DNA of 61,017 bases from Actinomycetes bacterium (GTDB lineage Bacteria > Actinomycetota > Thermoleophilia > BMS3ABIN01): assembly GCA_024275795.1 (NCBI GenBank), contig JAJRYJ010000030.1, forward strand, positions 1 to 61,017, read 5' to 3'. The notes under the pieces were generated by a model, which searched no databases, was not told where the DNA came from, and worked only from the letters and a program-made list of their open reading frames with translations. Shown here in pieces: positions 38,463-47,963 of the stretch. Made by a program: the position numbers and the translations under genes. Positions within the stretch are counted from its first letter, which is position 1, and each line of letters begins with the position of its first letter.

Positions 38463-39059
38463 ATGACACCTGAAGGCACAGGAAAAGGGCGGAAGGACGA
38501 GAGCGGCTTCACCCTCATCGAGCTGCTTGTGTCCATCGGCATCTTCCTGGTGATAGTATCCGGCATGTTCTCCTTTCTCTGGGGGGCGAGCGCCCACTGG
38601 AGCAAGGGTCAGGATGTCGCGGATGTCTCCGAGAATGCCCGCATAGGCCTCAACCGCATGACGCGGGAGCTCAGGCAGGCGTCCGCAGTAACGGATGCAT
38701 CAAGCTCGCAGGTATCCTTTGTCGTCGACTTCGGCGATGGTCAGGAGACGATCACCTATACCTTCACGCAGGGAGAAGACGGCGGCAGCGGCAGCGTGAT
38801 GCGCACGAGCACCGTCTCCGATGGGGAGGCGACGCTCGTCAACGATGTTTCCAGCATCGAGTTCAACTACTACGGCAGTGATTATTCATGTGACAGTGAC
38901 AGTGACGGCGAGATCACCTATTCGGAAATAGTTGACTGTGACGGTGATACCGCGGATCTGATAGCGCGCGTGGATATTAACATATCGCTGCAGGCTGAAG
39001 GTCGCACCGAGAAGAACTTCGTCGCCCAGGCGTGGTTGCGGAACCGCGACACCTCTTAG
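38463..39059 (+). CDS. Minor pilin (PilW-like prepilin-type protein), set 2
   Basis: ESG|FTLIELLVSIGIFLVIVSG. The ORF-track N-terminal extension from 38010 overlaps the previous gene out of frame and is low-complexity. Confidence 0.75.
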   Translation: MTPEGTGKGRKDESGFTLIELLVSIGIFLVIVSGMFSFLWGASAHWSKGQDVADVSENARIGLNRMTRELRQASAVTDASSSQVSFVVDFGDGQETITYTFTQGEDGGSGSVMRTSTVSDGEATLVNDVSSIEFNYYGSDYSCDSDSDGEITYSEIVDCDGDTADLIARVDINISLQAEGRTEKNFVAQAWLRNRDTS

Positions 39060-39112
39060 ACGACCGCGTTATGGAGTCCAGAGCACGGCCTGATGGATAA
39101 ATCCAGGAAGAG

Positions 39113-40441
39113 ATGGATGATATGAATATCGAAAAGAGAATCATGAGTGTGGCATCGGAACAGGGTGTAGCCATGATAACCGTCATCGTGCTGGCGGCGG
39201 TGCTGATGATGCTGGGGGCAGGCATGTATTATATCGCCGCCGGCGAGCAGACGATGACGCGTGCCGATCAGTCCGGCGGCCAGGCGTTCTATTTCGCCGA
39301 GGGTGGTATCGAGAACACGATCGACATCCTTAAATACGTGGCCACCGAGGAGCAGTTGACGCAGCCGCGGGACGATGACAGTGATAACGGTTACGGCTAC
39401 CTGATGGATCCGGACCCGGATAGCAGGCAGGACCCGGACGACCCGCTGGTGATGGGCATCGGTGATGAGAGTTTCACGGTCTGGGTCGACATGGTTGACG
39501 AGGACGGAGACCACTGCGAGGGATGCGGTCTGGATATCACAAGTGATGATCCGGCTTACCTGCTGATAACTGCCGAGGGGTCGGCCGGCGAGGGTTATCG
39601 CAAGCTGCAGCAGCTCGTGAGGGTGGAGCCGACACATTATCCATTGACCCTTTTTGTAGACGGTGATGCCGAGATCAACGGCACCCCGGAGATCAACAAC
39701 CAGAGCATCTACGTAGATGGAGATATCTGGGGTCGGGAGAAGATCGATATCAGTGGTAACGACCTGGTAAGCGGGGACCCGGCAGGCGCTTTTGCTACCG
39801 GCACGATCTATGCCAAGTCGAATAACGGAAACAGCCAGATTTACGATGAAGACGGCGACCGCAGCAGCTATTGGGATTCGGATTTCCAGTATGACCGTGA
39901 CGAGCGCGGCCCGGACGGCGACACCTTCAGCGGCTCCGAGCTTCGCAGCTACCCCGGCACCAGCCGCCTTTCGTCAGCGCAGCTGGCAATGCTCAAGCGC
40001 CAGGCCCAGGCGAGCGGCTATTACGAGAGCGCCGACGGCGGCTTTACGCTCAGGCAGAACGACCTGCCGAATCGCGAGGGGAACGTTGTGATTTATATCG
40101 AATTCCCTGACGGAGATCCGGAGGATAATGAAGTGAATCTCAAGTTTACGTGGCCCGACTCTCCCTATACTTCCGGCAAGGCTTTTGTAATTATTGAGAA
40201 CGGCAGCGTCAAGTTGACCGGTTCCGCCATCGGTGATCTCCAGGGAGTGATTTACTGTCCTGACGGACCAGTGACTGCACACGGTGCCGGTGGCGGTAAT
40301 TTCACCGGGTTCGTCTGGGGTAAAGGTATGGTCAATATCGGTAACTTCCCCTTCAACATGACCCAGGACTTTCTCGATGATCCTCCCTATTTCACCTGGA
40401 GTATCGTGCGGGAGGCGTCCTGGACCGAGGTCGACAGATAG
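39113..40441 (+). CDS. PilX-like large pilus-associated protein, set 2
   Basis: EQGVAMITVIVLAAVLMMLGAG hydrophobic segment followed by GGQAFYFAEGG (PilX_N-like). Confidence 0.7.
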   Translation: MDDMNIEKRIMSVASEQGVAMITVIVLAAVLMMLGAGMYYIAAGEQTMTRADQSGGQAFYFAEGGIENTIDILKYVATEEQLTQPRDDDSDNGYGYLMDPDPDSRQDPDDPLVMGIGDESFTVWVDMVDEDGDHCEGCGLDITSDDPAYLLITAEGSAGEGYRKLQQLVRVEPTHYPLTLFVDGDAEINGTPEINNQSIYVDGDIWGREKIDISGNDLVSGDPAGAFATGTIYAKSNNGNSQIYDEDGDRSSYWDSDFQYDRDERGPDGDTFSGSELRSYPGTSRLSSAQLAMLKRQAQASGYYESADGGFTLRQNDLPNREGNVVIYIEFPDGDPEDNEVNLKFTWPDSPYTSGKAFVIIENGSVKLTGSAIGDLQGVIYCPDGPVTAHGAGGGNFTGFVWGKGMVNIGNFPFNMTQDFLDDPPYFTWSIVREASWTEVDR

Positions 40442-40483
40442 GAAGGCCACTGACAAAGGGGTGATGCGCCCCGGCCAGTTCCA

Positions 40484-40515
40484 CCGGCCCGCCTTGCGGC
40501 GGGCCGGTTCTGTTT
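40484..40515 (+). terminator. Intrinsic terminator closing minor-pilin set 2
   Basis: ccggcccgcc-ttgc-ggcgggccgg followed by ttctgttt. Confidence 0.85.
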
Positions 40516-40630
40516 GGGTCAATATCGCCCGTGATGACTGAAGCCGGGTGGGTTTGATAATGATATGGTCAGATGAATGTCCTGATGCGGGTTATGTGCA
40601 GTGGTATGATTGTGAGGACACCGAGAGAGC

Positions 40631-41305
40631 GTGGAGGCCACTTTGGGCAGGATCCTAGACATATCGGTACCGCTGCATACGGGCATGGTTTTCTATCCCG
40701 GAGATACGGAGCCGGCGATCGAGCCGGGCAAGCAGATATCGCACGGAGACACGGCCAACCTCTCGGAAATCAGGCTTGGCTCTCATTCCGGCACCCACGT
40801 GGACGCCCCACATCATTTTATCGACGGCGAGGCGACCATGGACGACATGCCGCTGCAATCACTGGTGGGGACGGCGCGGGTCCTGGACCTCACCGGGGTT
40901 ACGGGCGGCATCGAGGCTGCTGACCTGGAAGCGGCGGGAATCAGGGGAGAGGGCAGCGCAACAGGCGACCAGGGCGCGGCAGGAAGAATCCTTCTCAAGA
41001 CCCGTAACTCCGGCCTGTGGGCTGATTCCGGCTTCCATGAGGATTTTATCGCCCTCGGTGACAGCGGGGCGGACCTTGCAGTAGAGCTGGGCTTGAAACT
41101 GATAGCCAACGACTATCTTTCCATCGAGAGATTCCATTCCGAAACGCATTACGTCCACAGGCGGCTGCTTGAGGCCGGCATCGTCATCCTCGAGGGCGTG
41201 GACCTGCGGCAGGTGGATGCCGGCGATTACGAGTTGCTGTGCTTGCCGCTGCGGGTGCGGGGCGGCGACGGCGCCCCGGCGCGTGCGGTCCTGAGGGAGC
41301 TCTGA
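40631..41305 (+). CDS. Cyclase-family metal-dependent hydrolase (kynurenine formamidase-like)
   Basis: YPGD...GSHSGTHVDAPHHF motif characteristic of the putative-cyclase family. Confidence 0.8.
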   Translation: MEATLGRILDISVPLHTGMVFYPGDTEPAIEPGKQISHGDTANLSEIRLGSHSGTHVDAPHHFIDGEATMDDMPLQSLVGTARVLDLTGVTGGIEAADLEAAGIRGEGSATGDQGAAGRILLKTRNSGLWADSGFHEDFIALGDSGADLAVELGLKLIANDYLSIERFHSETHYVHRRLLEAGIVILEGVDLRQVDAGDYELLCLPLRVRGGDGAPARAVLREL

Positions 41306-41312
41306 GTCTGCC

Positions 41313-42191
41313 ATGGGCATGCTTGAGGGGGCCGCGGTAGCCACGGTCACCCCGTTCAAGCCAGACGGCGGCATCGACACCGGCTTCATCTACAGCCACA
41401 TGCAGTTCCTGAACGACGGCGGCGTACAAGGGGTCGTCCCCGTGGGGACCAACGGTGAGTTCCCCTCCATGACGACCGCCGAGAAGAAGCAGGTGTTGGC
41501 AGCCGCAGCGGGTGCGAAAGGCGATCTCTTCATAATCGCCGGCATCGGCTCCTGCAACCTGGCCGAGGCGATCGAGCTGGCGGACTTCGCGGCGGGGGTC
41601 GGGGCCGATGCGGTACTGGCAGTGCCGCCCTTCTACTATTCGGATGTGGAGGAGGATGGGGTCGCCGCGTATTACCTGGCGCTCCTGGAGCGCGTCCAGC
41701 TGCCCCTGTTCCTCTATAACATCCCCCAGTACTCCGGCATCCAGATAACGGACCGCATCATCGAGAGGCTTCGCGGTCACCCCCGGCTTGCGGGCATCAA
41801 GGATTCCGCCGGCGACGCGGAGCGCACGCGGTCCCTGGTCGAGAGATACCCGGAGCTCAGGGTCTTTGGAGGCAGCGATACACAGACGGGGGAGGCCCTC
41901 GTAAACGGGGCCGCCGGCGTCATCTCCGGCGTCGGTAACTTCTTTCCGGAGCTGTTGCGCGACACATGGGAGGCGAGCCTGATAGATGTGGGCGTTAAGG
42001 AGGCGGCCGGGCGGGTACGGGATGCAAGGATGATCATCAGACAATATCCCTGGATAGCGGCGACCAAGTATTGCCTGTCTCTGCGGGGCCTGCCCGAGAC
42101 GGGCGTGCGCCTGCCGCTGGTCGAACTGGACGCGGCCCGGAAGCAGGAGATAGCCGGGCTGCTTAAGCGCGACTTCGGTGAACTGCTGTGA
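41313..42191 (+). CDS. DapA/N-acetylneuraminate lyase family class I aldolase
   Basis: VTPF...GTNGEF...YN.P...GIKDS (Schiff-base Lys context). Confidence 0.85.
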   Translation: MGMLEGAAVATVTPFKPDGGIDTGFIYSHMQFLNDGGVQGVVPVGTNGEFPSMTTAEKKQVLAAAAGAKGDLFIIAGIGSCNLAEAIELADFAAGVGADAVLAVPPFYYSDVEEDGVAAYYLALLERVQLPLFLYNIPQYSGIQITDRIIERLRGHPRLAGIKDSAGDAERTRSLVERYPELRVFGGSDTQTGEALVNGAAGVISGVGNFFPELLRDTWEASLIDVGVKEAAGRVRDARMIIRQYPWIAATKYCLSLRGLPETGVRLPLVELDAARKQEIAGLLKRDFGELL

Positions 42192-42294
42192 AAGGGCGAT
42201 GAAAACCGTTGTGGCAATGCAACCGGCAATGATGGGAGTTTCCGGCGGAGTCATCATGGGCTGCTTTCTGAAAACAGGGCTGGTTATCTAGTTC

Positions 42295-44040
42295 ATGGGG
42301 CCGGGAGAATTACACAGCCAGAAGATGCGCTGGGGGCCGGAGGTCGACCCCCTGAGGATCGGCACGGGCTGGGAGCCGGATGAACTGGAAAGGCCGTGGC
42401 TGCTGGTGGAGAGCTCTGCCGGCGATTCCCATCCCGGCAGCGTGCATCTGCTGGAGGCGGCGAACGAGGTGCGGGCCGGTGCCCGCGAAGCGGGCCTCGC
42501 CGTCGCGCGCTATTTCTGCACCGACATGTGTGACGGCATCGCCCAGGGCACTCACGCCATGAGTTATTCGTTGGCCTCCAGGGAGCTGCTTGCCATGGCT
42601 GCGGAGCTTCATTTCCGCAGCGGTCACTTCGACGGCTGGGTGGCCGTATCCGGTTGCGACAAGGCCATACCGGCGCACCTGGTGGCGGCGGCCAGGCTCA
42701 ACCGGCCGGTGGTGTTCCTTCCTGGGGGAGTGATGCATACGGGGCCCGGCGATGTATCTGTGGACCGGATGGCGGAACTTTACGCAGACCTGCGGCGGGG
42801 CCAGATAAGCGAGGAAGACTACCGCTTCCATAGCAGGACGGCCGCTCCCTGTCCGGGCGCCTGTAATTTCCTGGGGACGGCCGTAACCATGCAGATAATG
42901 ACCGAGGCCCTGGGGCTGTCGCTGCCGGGCTCCGCCTGCTGTCCGACCACGGAACCGGAGCACGCCGGACTGGCAAGGGCCAGCGGTGCGGCGGCGGCGG
43001 ATATGATCCAACGGGAAATGACCGCAGGCTCAATCATCGACAGGCGCTCCCTTGAGAACGCGCTTGTTGTCCACTCGGCCATCGGCGGCTCGACTAACGC
43101 CATGCTGCACCTGCCGGCCCTGGCGGCGGAGCTTGGCCTTGATTTCTCCCTTGAGAGAGTGCGTGAGATCAACAAGAGCGTTCCCTGGATACTGAACCTG
43201 AGGCCGTCCGGCGAGCACACCGCGGACCTGATGTGGTACGCGGGAGGGGTGCCACGGATAATGGACCGGGTGAGGTCTTACCTGGACCTTGACGCCATGA
43301 CCGTCACCGGAGCCACCCTGGGGGAGAACCTGGAAGTATTTCTGCAGGCCGATGCCGTGGACAGGCACGCGAAGAAGCTGGAACAGACGGGGCTGAAGCC
43401 GGAGGACGTCATCGGCAGCGTCAATGACCCGCTGGCGGAGAGGGGGAGCCTGGCGGTGCTGAGCGGCAATCTGGCTCCGCGCGGAGCCGTGTGTAAACGC
43501 TCCGGCGTCGTCGAGGGCATGATGGTCTTTGAGGGCAGGGCCCGGGTGTTCAATGGCCAGGATGACGCCCTGGATGCGGTCTTCGCCGGAGAGATAGCGC
43601 CCGGTGACGTGGTGGTGGTGCGCTATGAAGGTCCGCGGGCCACGGGCATGCCCGAGATGTTCTACCTGACGGCAGCTATCGCCTCGGAACCCAGCCTCAA
43701 CGAGGGAATCGCCCTGGTGACGGACGGCCGTTTTTCCGGGGCGACGCGGGGGCCTTGCATCGGTCACGTCTCGCCGGAAGCCGCAGCTGGAGGGCCGCTT
43801 GCGGCGTTGGAGGACGGCGACCTCGTCAGGATAGACATGGATTCAGGAACCCTGGATCTGGCGGGAAATGATGGCAGGCATTACTCTCACACGGAGGCCG
43901 ATGCGGTCATAACTGAGCGCCTGGCAAGGATCGGCGAGTGGAAACCGCCGGCAAGAGTGGGCTTGATGGGCCTGTATACGGCTACCGCCGGTCCGGCGGA
44001 TGAGGGGGCGAGGATGGATCTGGGCACATTGGGCAGATGA
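42295..44040 (+). CDS. IlvD/Edd family dehydratase (sugar-acid or dihydroxy-acid dehydratase)
   Basis: CDGIAQGT.AM.YSLASREL, CDK..P, TDGRFSG motifs. 581 aa. Confidence 0.9.
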   Translation: MGPGELHSQKMRWGPEVDPLRIGTGWEPDELERPWLLVESSAGDSHPGSVHLLEAANEVRAGAREAGLAVARYFCTDMCDGIAQGTHAMSYSLASRELLAMAAELHFRSGHFDGWVAVSGCDKAIPAHLVAAARLNRPVVFLPGGVMHTGPGDVSVDRMAELYADLRRGQISEEDYRFHSRTAAPCPGACNFLGTAVTMQIMTEALGLSLPGSACCPTTEPEHAGLARASGAAAADMIQREMTAGSIIDRRSLENALVVHSAIGGSTNAMLHLPALAAELGLDFSLERVREINKSVPWILNLRPSGEHTADLMWYAGGVPRIMDRVRSYLDLDAMTVTGATLGENLEVFLQADAVDRHAKKLEQTGLKPEDVIGSVNDPLAERGSLAVLSGNLAPRGAVCKRSGVVEGMMVFEGRARVFNGQDDALDAVFAGEIAPGDVVVVRYEGPRATGMPEMFYLTAAIASEPSLNEGIALVTDGRFSGATRGPCIGHVSPEAAAGGPLAALEDGDLVRIDMDSGTLDLAGNDGRHYSHTEADAVITERLARIGEWKPPARVGLMGLYTATAGPADEGARMDLGTLGR

Positions 44041-44192
44041 GCGTGCCGCAATCCGCCTGATATTCGGGCGGGAATAAAAAAGGAGAATCGGGGCATAAGT
44101 AGAATGCAAACCTGCACTATTCATAACTCACGCCGCGGCACGCGGGCGGTTTTATCGCCTGGCAGGGCGGAGCCGCGGTAGTGGGGAGGCAG

Positions 44193-44226
44193 GGCGGGGA
44201 CTTAATGTAGGGCTTAAGTCCCCGCC
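44193..44226. terminator. 13-bp-stem hairpin between convergent genes
   Basis: ggcggggacttaa-tgtagggc-ttaagtccccgcc. Confidence 0.6.
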
Positions 44227-44268
44227 GCTATTTATTCAGAGCCCGCTTCTGATTACGAAACTCCTGAA

Positions 44269-45450
44269 TTATTTCGTGAACTGTTCCATCAGCCGCCAGC
44301 CCTCGTCAACGACGCAGCCGCTCTCGGCCGCGTTCTTCTCATCGAAAGCCGAAGCCGGGCTCCCCGGCACCCCGGGGCCGTAAATCACGAAGGGGACCGG
44401 CTCGTCCGTATGGGTCTTGATCTCCACCGGTGTGGCGTGGTCCGGCAGCACCAGCAGCCGGTAGTCGCCGATATCCTCCAGGCCCTTGAGCAGCGGTCCC
44501 AGCAGCCTGGCGTCGATGTTCTCTATGGCAGTCACCTTGGCATCCGTGTCTCCCATGTGTGATGCCTCGTCGGGCGCCTCCACGTGGACATAGACGAAAT
44601 CCTTTGCCTTCAGTTCGTTGATGGCGTAGGTCGCCTTGGCGCCATAGTCCGTGTCAAGGAAGCCGGTGGCGCCGGGAACCTCCACCACGTTCAGACCCGC
44701 ATAGCGTCCCAGGCCCTTGACCAGGTCCACGGCGGAGATGACCGAGCCGTCAAGGCCGAATCTCTCCTTGAGAGTGGGCATGCGCGGGGCGGTCCCCTGT
44801 CCCCAGAGCCAGATCATGTTGGCGGGGGCTTTGCCGTTACCGGCCCTTTCCAGGTTGAGCGGGTGTTCCTCAAGCAGCCTGCCCGCCACGTCCATCAGGC
44901 CGCGCAACCACCCGGACCCTTCCCCCTGGGGCAGGTGATCCTCCACCGGCTGGCCGCTGATGTCGTGGGGCGGCGTGCATCTGGCCGCACCGCCCTTCCC
45001 CTTTGAGAGCATGATGTGCCGGTAGCTCAGTCCCTTGTGGAAGGAGATCTCGTCGTTGCCCATGTTCTGGTCCAGGAACCTGATCAACACCTCAGCCTGC
45101 TCCGTGGCGATATGGCCCGCGGAGAAGTCGCGCATCAGTCCTTCCTCTATCCAGACCAGGTTGCAGCGGAAGGCCACGTCCTTTTCATCCATGGCGATTA
45201 CCAGGTTGGCCGCCTCCAGCGGGGCGCGGCCGGTGTAATAGAGATGGGGGTCGTAACCCATGACGCAGAGATTTGCCACGTCGCTGCCGGCAGGGAAGTT
45301 CTCGGGGATGTTCTTGACCAGGCCCAGGGTCCCCTCGGCGGCGATGCGGTCGAGGTTAGGCGTGGCGGCAGCCTCGAGCGGGGTCTTGCCGTCGAGTTCC
45401 GGGCGGGGCCAGTCGGCCGAGCCATCCGGTATCAGGACTACGTATTTCAT
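44269..45450 (-). CDS. ApgM-type cofactor-independent phosphoglycerate mutase homolog; likely the alternative homoserine kinase of the thr operon
   Basis: Alkaline-phosphatase-superfamily motifs (ILIPDG.AD, HVEAPDEA.H, PDH.TP). Last gene of a hom-thrC-X operon. Confidence 0.8.
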   Translation of the reverse strand: MKYVVLIPDGSADWPRPELDGKTPLEAAATPNLDRIAAEGTLGLVKNIPENFPAGSDVANLCVMGYDPHLYYTGRAPLEAANLVIAMDEKDVAFRCNLVWIEEGLMRDFSAGHIATEQAEVLIRFLDQNMGNDEISFHKGLSYRHIMLSKGKGGAARCTPPHDISGQPVEDHLPQGEGSGWLRGLMDVAGRLLEEHPLNLERAGNGKAPANMIWLWGQGTAPRMPTLKERFGLDGSVISAVDLVKGLGRYAGLNVVEVPGATGFLDTDYGAKATYAINELKAKDFVYVHVEAPDEASHMGDTDAKVTAIENIDARLLGPLLKGLEDIGDYRLLVLPDHATPVEIKTHTDEPVPFVIYGPGVPGSPASAFDEKNAAESGCVVDEGWRLMEQFTK

Positions 45451-45457
45451 CCGGTCC

Positions 45458-46522
45458 CTAGAGTTTGAGTAACTTTATGACCTGGTCGAAATCCGGTGGG
45501 GCGCTGGTTACCTCGGGGCCGGTGCTGATGGCCGTGTCCGGATCCTTGAGGCCATGGCCCGTGAGCACACAGACCACGGTCGAATCCTGCTTGAAGTGAC
45601 CCTCTCCGGCTTTCTTGACAAGACCGGCGATGCTGGCGGCGGAGGCCGGCTCGCAGAATGTCCCCTCCACGGACGCCACCAGGCGGTAGGCGCCGATGAT
45701 CTCCTCGTCGGTAACCGCCTCGATCAGGCCTCCCGAATCTGACGCCGCCGCCAGCGCTTCGTCTCCACGCGCCGGGTTGCCGATACGGATGGCCGTGGCG
45801 ATGGTCTCGGGCTCCTCAACGGGATGGCCCTCGACCAGGGGGGCCGCTCCGGCGGCCTGGAAGCCAGTCATCCTCGGCAGGCTGGAGCATTTGCCCGCGT
45901 CATGATATTCCCTGAAGCCTTTCCAGTAGGCGGTGATGTTCCCGGCGTTGCCCACGGGGATGCAGAGGTAGTCAGGGGCCTCGCCGAGAGCGTCCACTAT
46001 CTCGAAAGCGCCGGTCTTCTGGCCCTCGATACGGTATGGATTGATCGAATTGACCAGTTGCACCGGGTAGTTTTCGACGATGCGCCGTACCAGGTCCAGC
46101 GCCTGGTCGAAATTGCCGTCCACAGCCAGTACGCGGGCTCCATGGGTGAGGGCCTGGGCCAGTTTGCCCGCAGCGATCTTCCCCTTGGGGATGATGACGA
46201 TGCAGCGCATGCCGGCGCGGCTCGCGTAGGCGGCAGCCGCCGCCGAGGTGTTGCCGGTGGAGGCGCAGATCACCGCTGTGGCGCCCTCCTCGGCGCCCTT
46301 GGAGACGGCGATGGTCATGCCCCTGTCCTTGAAGCTGCCCGTGGGGTTGAGGCCCTCCAGCTTGAGGAAGACGTTCAGTCCCAGGCGCTCGCTCAGCCGG
46401 TTGGCCTTGAGCAGCGGCGTGCTTCCCTCGGCAAGCGAGATCACCGGCGTCTTCTCAGAGACCGGCAGGAAAGGCCGGTAGCGCTCGATAAGGGGGACCC
46501 TTCGCAGCGGATTACTGCTCAT
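45458..46522 (-). CDS. thrC: Threonine synthase
   Basis: PLP Lys context ([10 protein letters not shown]), 354 aa. Overlaps the hom stop. Confidence 0.93.
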   Translation of the reverse strand: MSSNPLRRVPLIERYRPFLPVSEKTPVISLAEGSTPLLKANRLSERLGLNVFLKLEGLNPTGSFKDRGMTIAVSKGAEEGATAVICASTGNTSAAAAAYASRAGMRCIVIIPKGKIAAGKLAQALTHGARVLAVDGNFDQALDLVRRIVENYPVQLVNSINPYRIEGQKTGAFEIVDALGEAPDYLCIPVGNAGNITAYWKGFREYHDAGKCSSLPRMTGFQAAGAAPLVEGHPVEEPETIATAIRIGNPARGDEALAAASDSGGLIEAVTDEEIIGAYRLVASVEGTFCEPASAASIAGLVKKAGEGHFKQDSTVVCVLTGHGLKDPDTAISTGPEVTSAPPDFDQVIKLLKL

Positions 46523-47810
46523 CGCCGCCCTCTACACGAATGGGGCGGGGTTCCGCTTTGACGCCCTCCAGGGCTGATACCTTCTCGAGGGCGGCCATGA
46601 AACTCTTCTCAGCCACCGCATGGAAAACCATCACCAGTTCCGCGTGCACGCCGCGGCCCTTCTGGATCACCTGTTCGATGCTGACTTCGTGCTTGCCGAA
46701 CTCGTTGGCGATGGCGGCAAGCACGCCCGGCTTGTCCTCCACCTCAAGGCGCAGATAGAAGGTGGATACCACGTTCTCGTCCGGGAAGAAATCAAGCTCC
46801 TTGTAGGCGATGGGGTACTCAAGGAAGCCCGGGGTTCTGCGTGAGACGATCGAGACGATGTCGCTGACCACCGCCGAGGCGGTCTCCATGCCGCCGGCGC
46901 CGGGCCCTGAAAGCATGATCTCGTCGATGGACCGTCCCTGGAGGAAAACAGCATTATAAGCGCCACCGACGGACGCCAGTGGGTGGTCCTGGCTGAGCAG
47001 CGCCGGGTAAACGCGCACGTTGATGCTGTCATCGTAAAGTTTGGCTACGCCCAGCAGCTTCAGCGTCAGGCCGAGCTCGCCGGCGTATTCCGCGTCCAGC
47101 GGGTTGATGTCCTCGATGCCGGCGCAGTCCACGTCATCCAGCCTGACGTTGGAGTGGAAGGCGATGGATGCGAGGATGGCCATCTTGGCTGCCGCATCCT
47201 TGCCGCTCACGTCCTCCGTGGGATCGGCTTCTGCGTAGCCCCATTCCTGGGCGCATGCCAGGGCATCGTCGTATTTCGTCCCGGTTCTGCTCATCTCCGT
47301 GAGGATGTAATTGGTTGTGCCGTTGACGATTCCGTAGATGCTGGTGATCTCGGCGGCCACCATCGACTCCCTGAGGACCTTGATCACCGGGATGGCGCCG
47401 GCGACGCTGGCTTCGAACCTGATCTGGGTCTTTTTTTCCTGGGAAAGCTGGAAGAGGTAGAAGCCCTGCTGGGATATGAGCTGCTTGTTTGCGGTCACCA
47501 CCGCCTTGCCCCTTTCCAGGGCCTCGGTGATATAGTCGAAAGCCGGCTCCGTGCCGCCGATGAGCTCAACGACGATGGAGATGTCGTCGTCTTCGATGAT
47601 GTCCTTGAAGTCGTCTGTGAAAGTATCCTCGGGGGCTCCTTCACGGGGGACGTCAAGGTCGCGCACCAGTATCCTCTTGATGGATACGCGGGCGCCGGAT
47701 GCCTGGGCGATCTCCCTTGCCTGCCCTTCGAGAAGGCTGTAGACCTGCGAACCGACGGTCCCGTAGCCCAGCAGTCCTATCTGGATTTTCTCGCCCTCGG
47801 GAGGAGCCAA
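46512..47810 (-). CDS. hom: Homoserine dehydrogenase with a C-terminal ACT domain
   Basis: GLLGYGTVG Rossmann motif, [12 protein letters not shown]-terminal ACT region. TTG start after AAGGAG. Confidence 0.93.
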   Translation of the reverse strand: MAPPEGEKIQIGLLGYGTVGSQVYSLLEGQAREIAQASGARVSIKRILVRDLDVPREGAPEDTFTDDFKDIIEDDDISIVVELIGGTEPAFDYITEALERGKAVVTANKQLISQQGFYLFQLSQEKKTQIRFEASVAGAIPVIKVLRESMVAAEITSIYGIVNGTTNYILTEMSRTGTKYDDALACAQEWGYAEADPTEDVSGKDAAAKMAILASIAFHSNVRLDDVDCAGIEDINPLDAEYAGELGLTLKLLGVAKLYDDSINVRVYPALLSQDHPLASVGGAYNAVFLQGRSIDEIMLSGPGAGGMETASAVVSDIVSIVSRRTPGFLEYPIAYKELDFFPDENVVSTFYLRLEVEDKPGVLAAIANEFGKHEVSIEQVIQKGRGVHAELVMVFHAVAEKSFMAALEKVSALEGVKAEPRPIRVEGGDEQ

Positions 47811-47963
47811 GCATCTCCTTCTTCCTGGGCCGCGGCCTCATATTGACAACGGCGGCCGTTGGCCAGCCGGGATCGCCCGGCAATTAGTAACCGACGCCAA
47901 ATATTATCAGGAGACGGGGGGAGAAAAAAGCTGCCGGCGACTGAGGCGCAGTGCGTGAACAGC

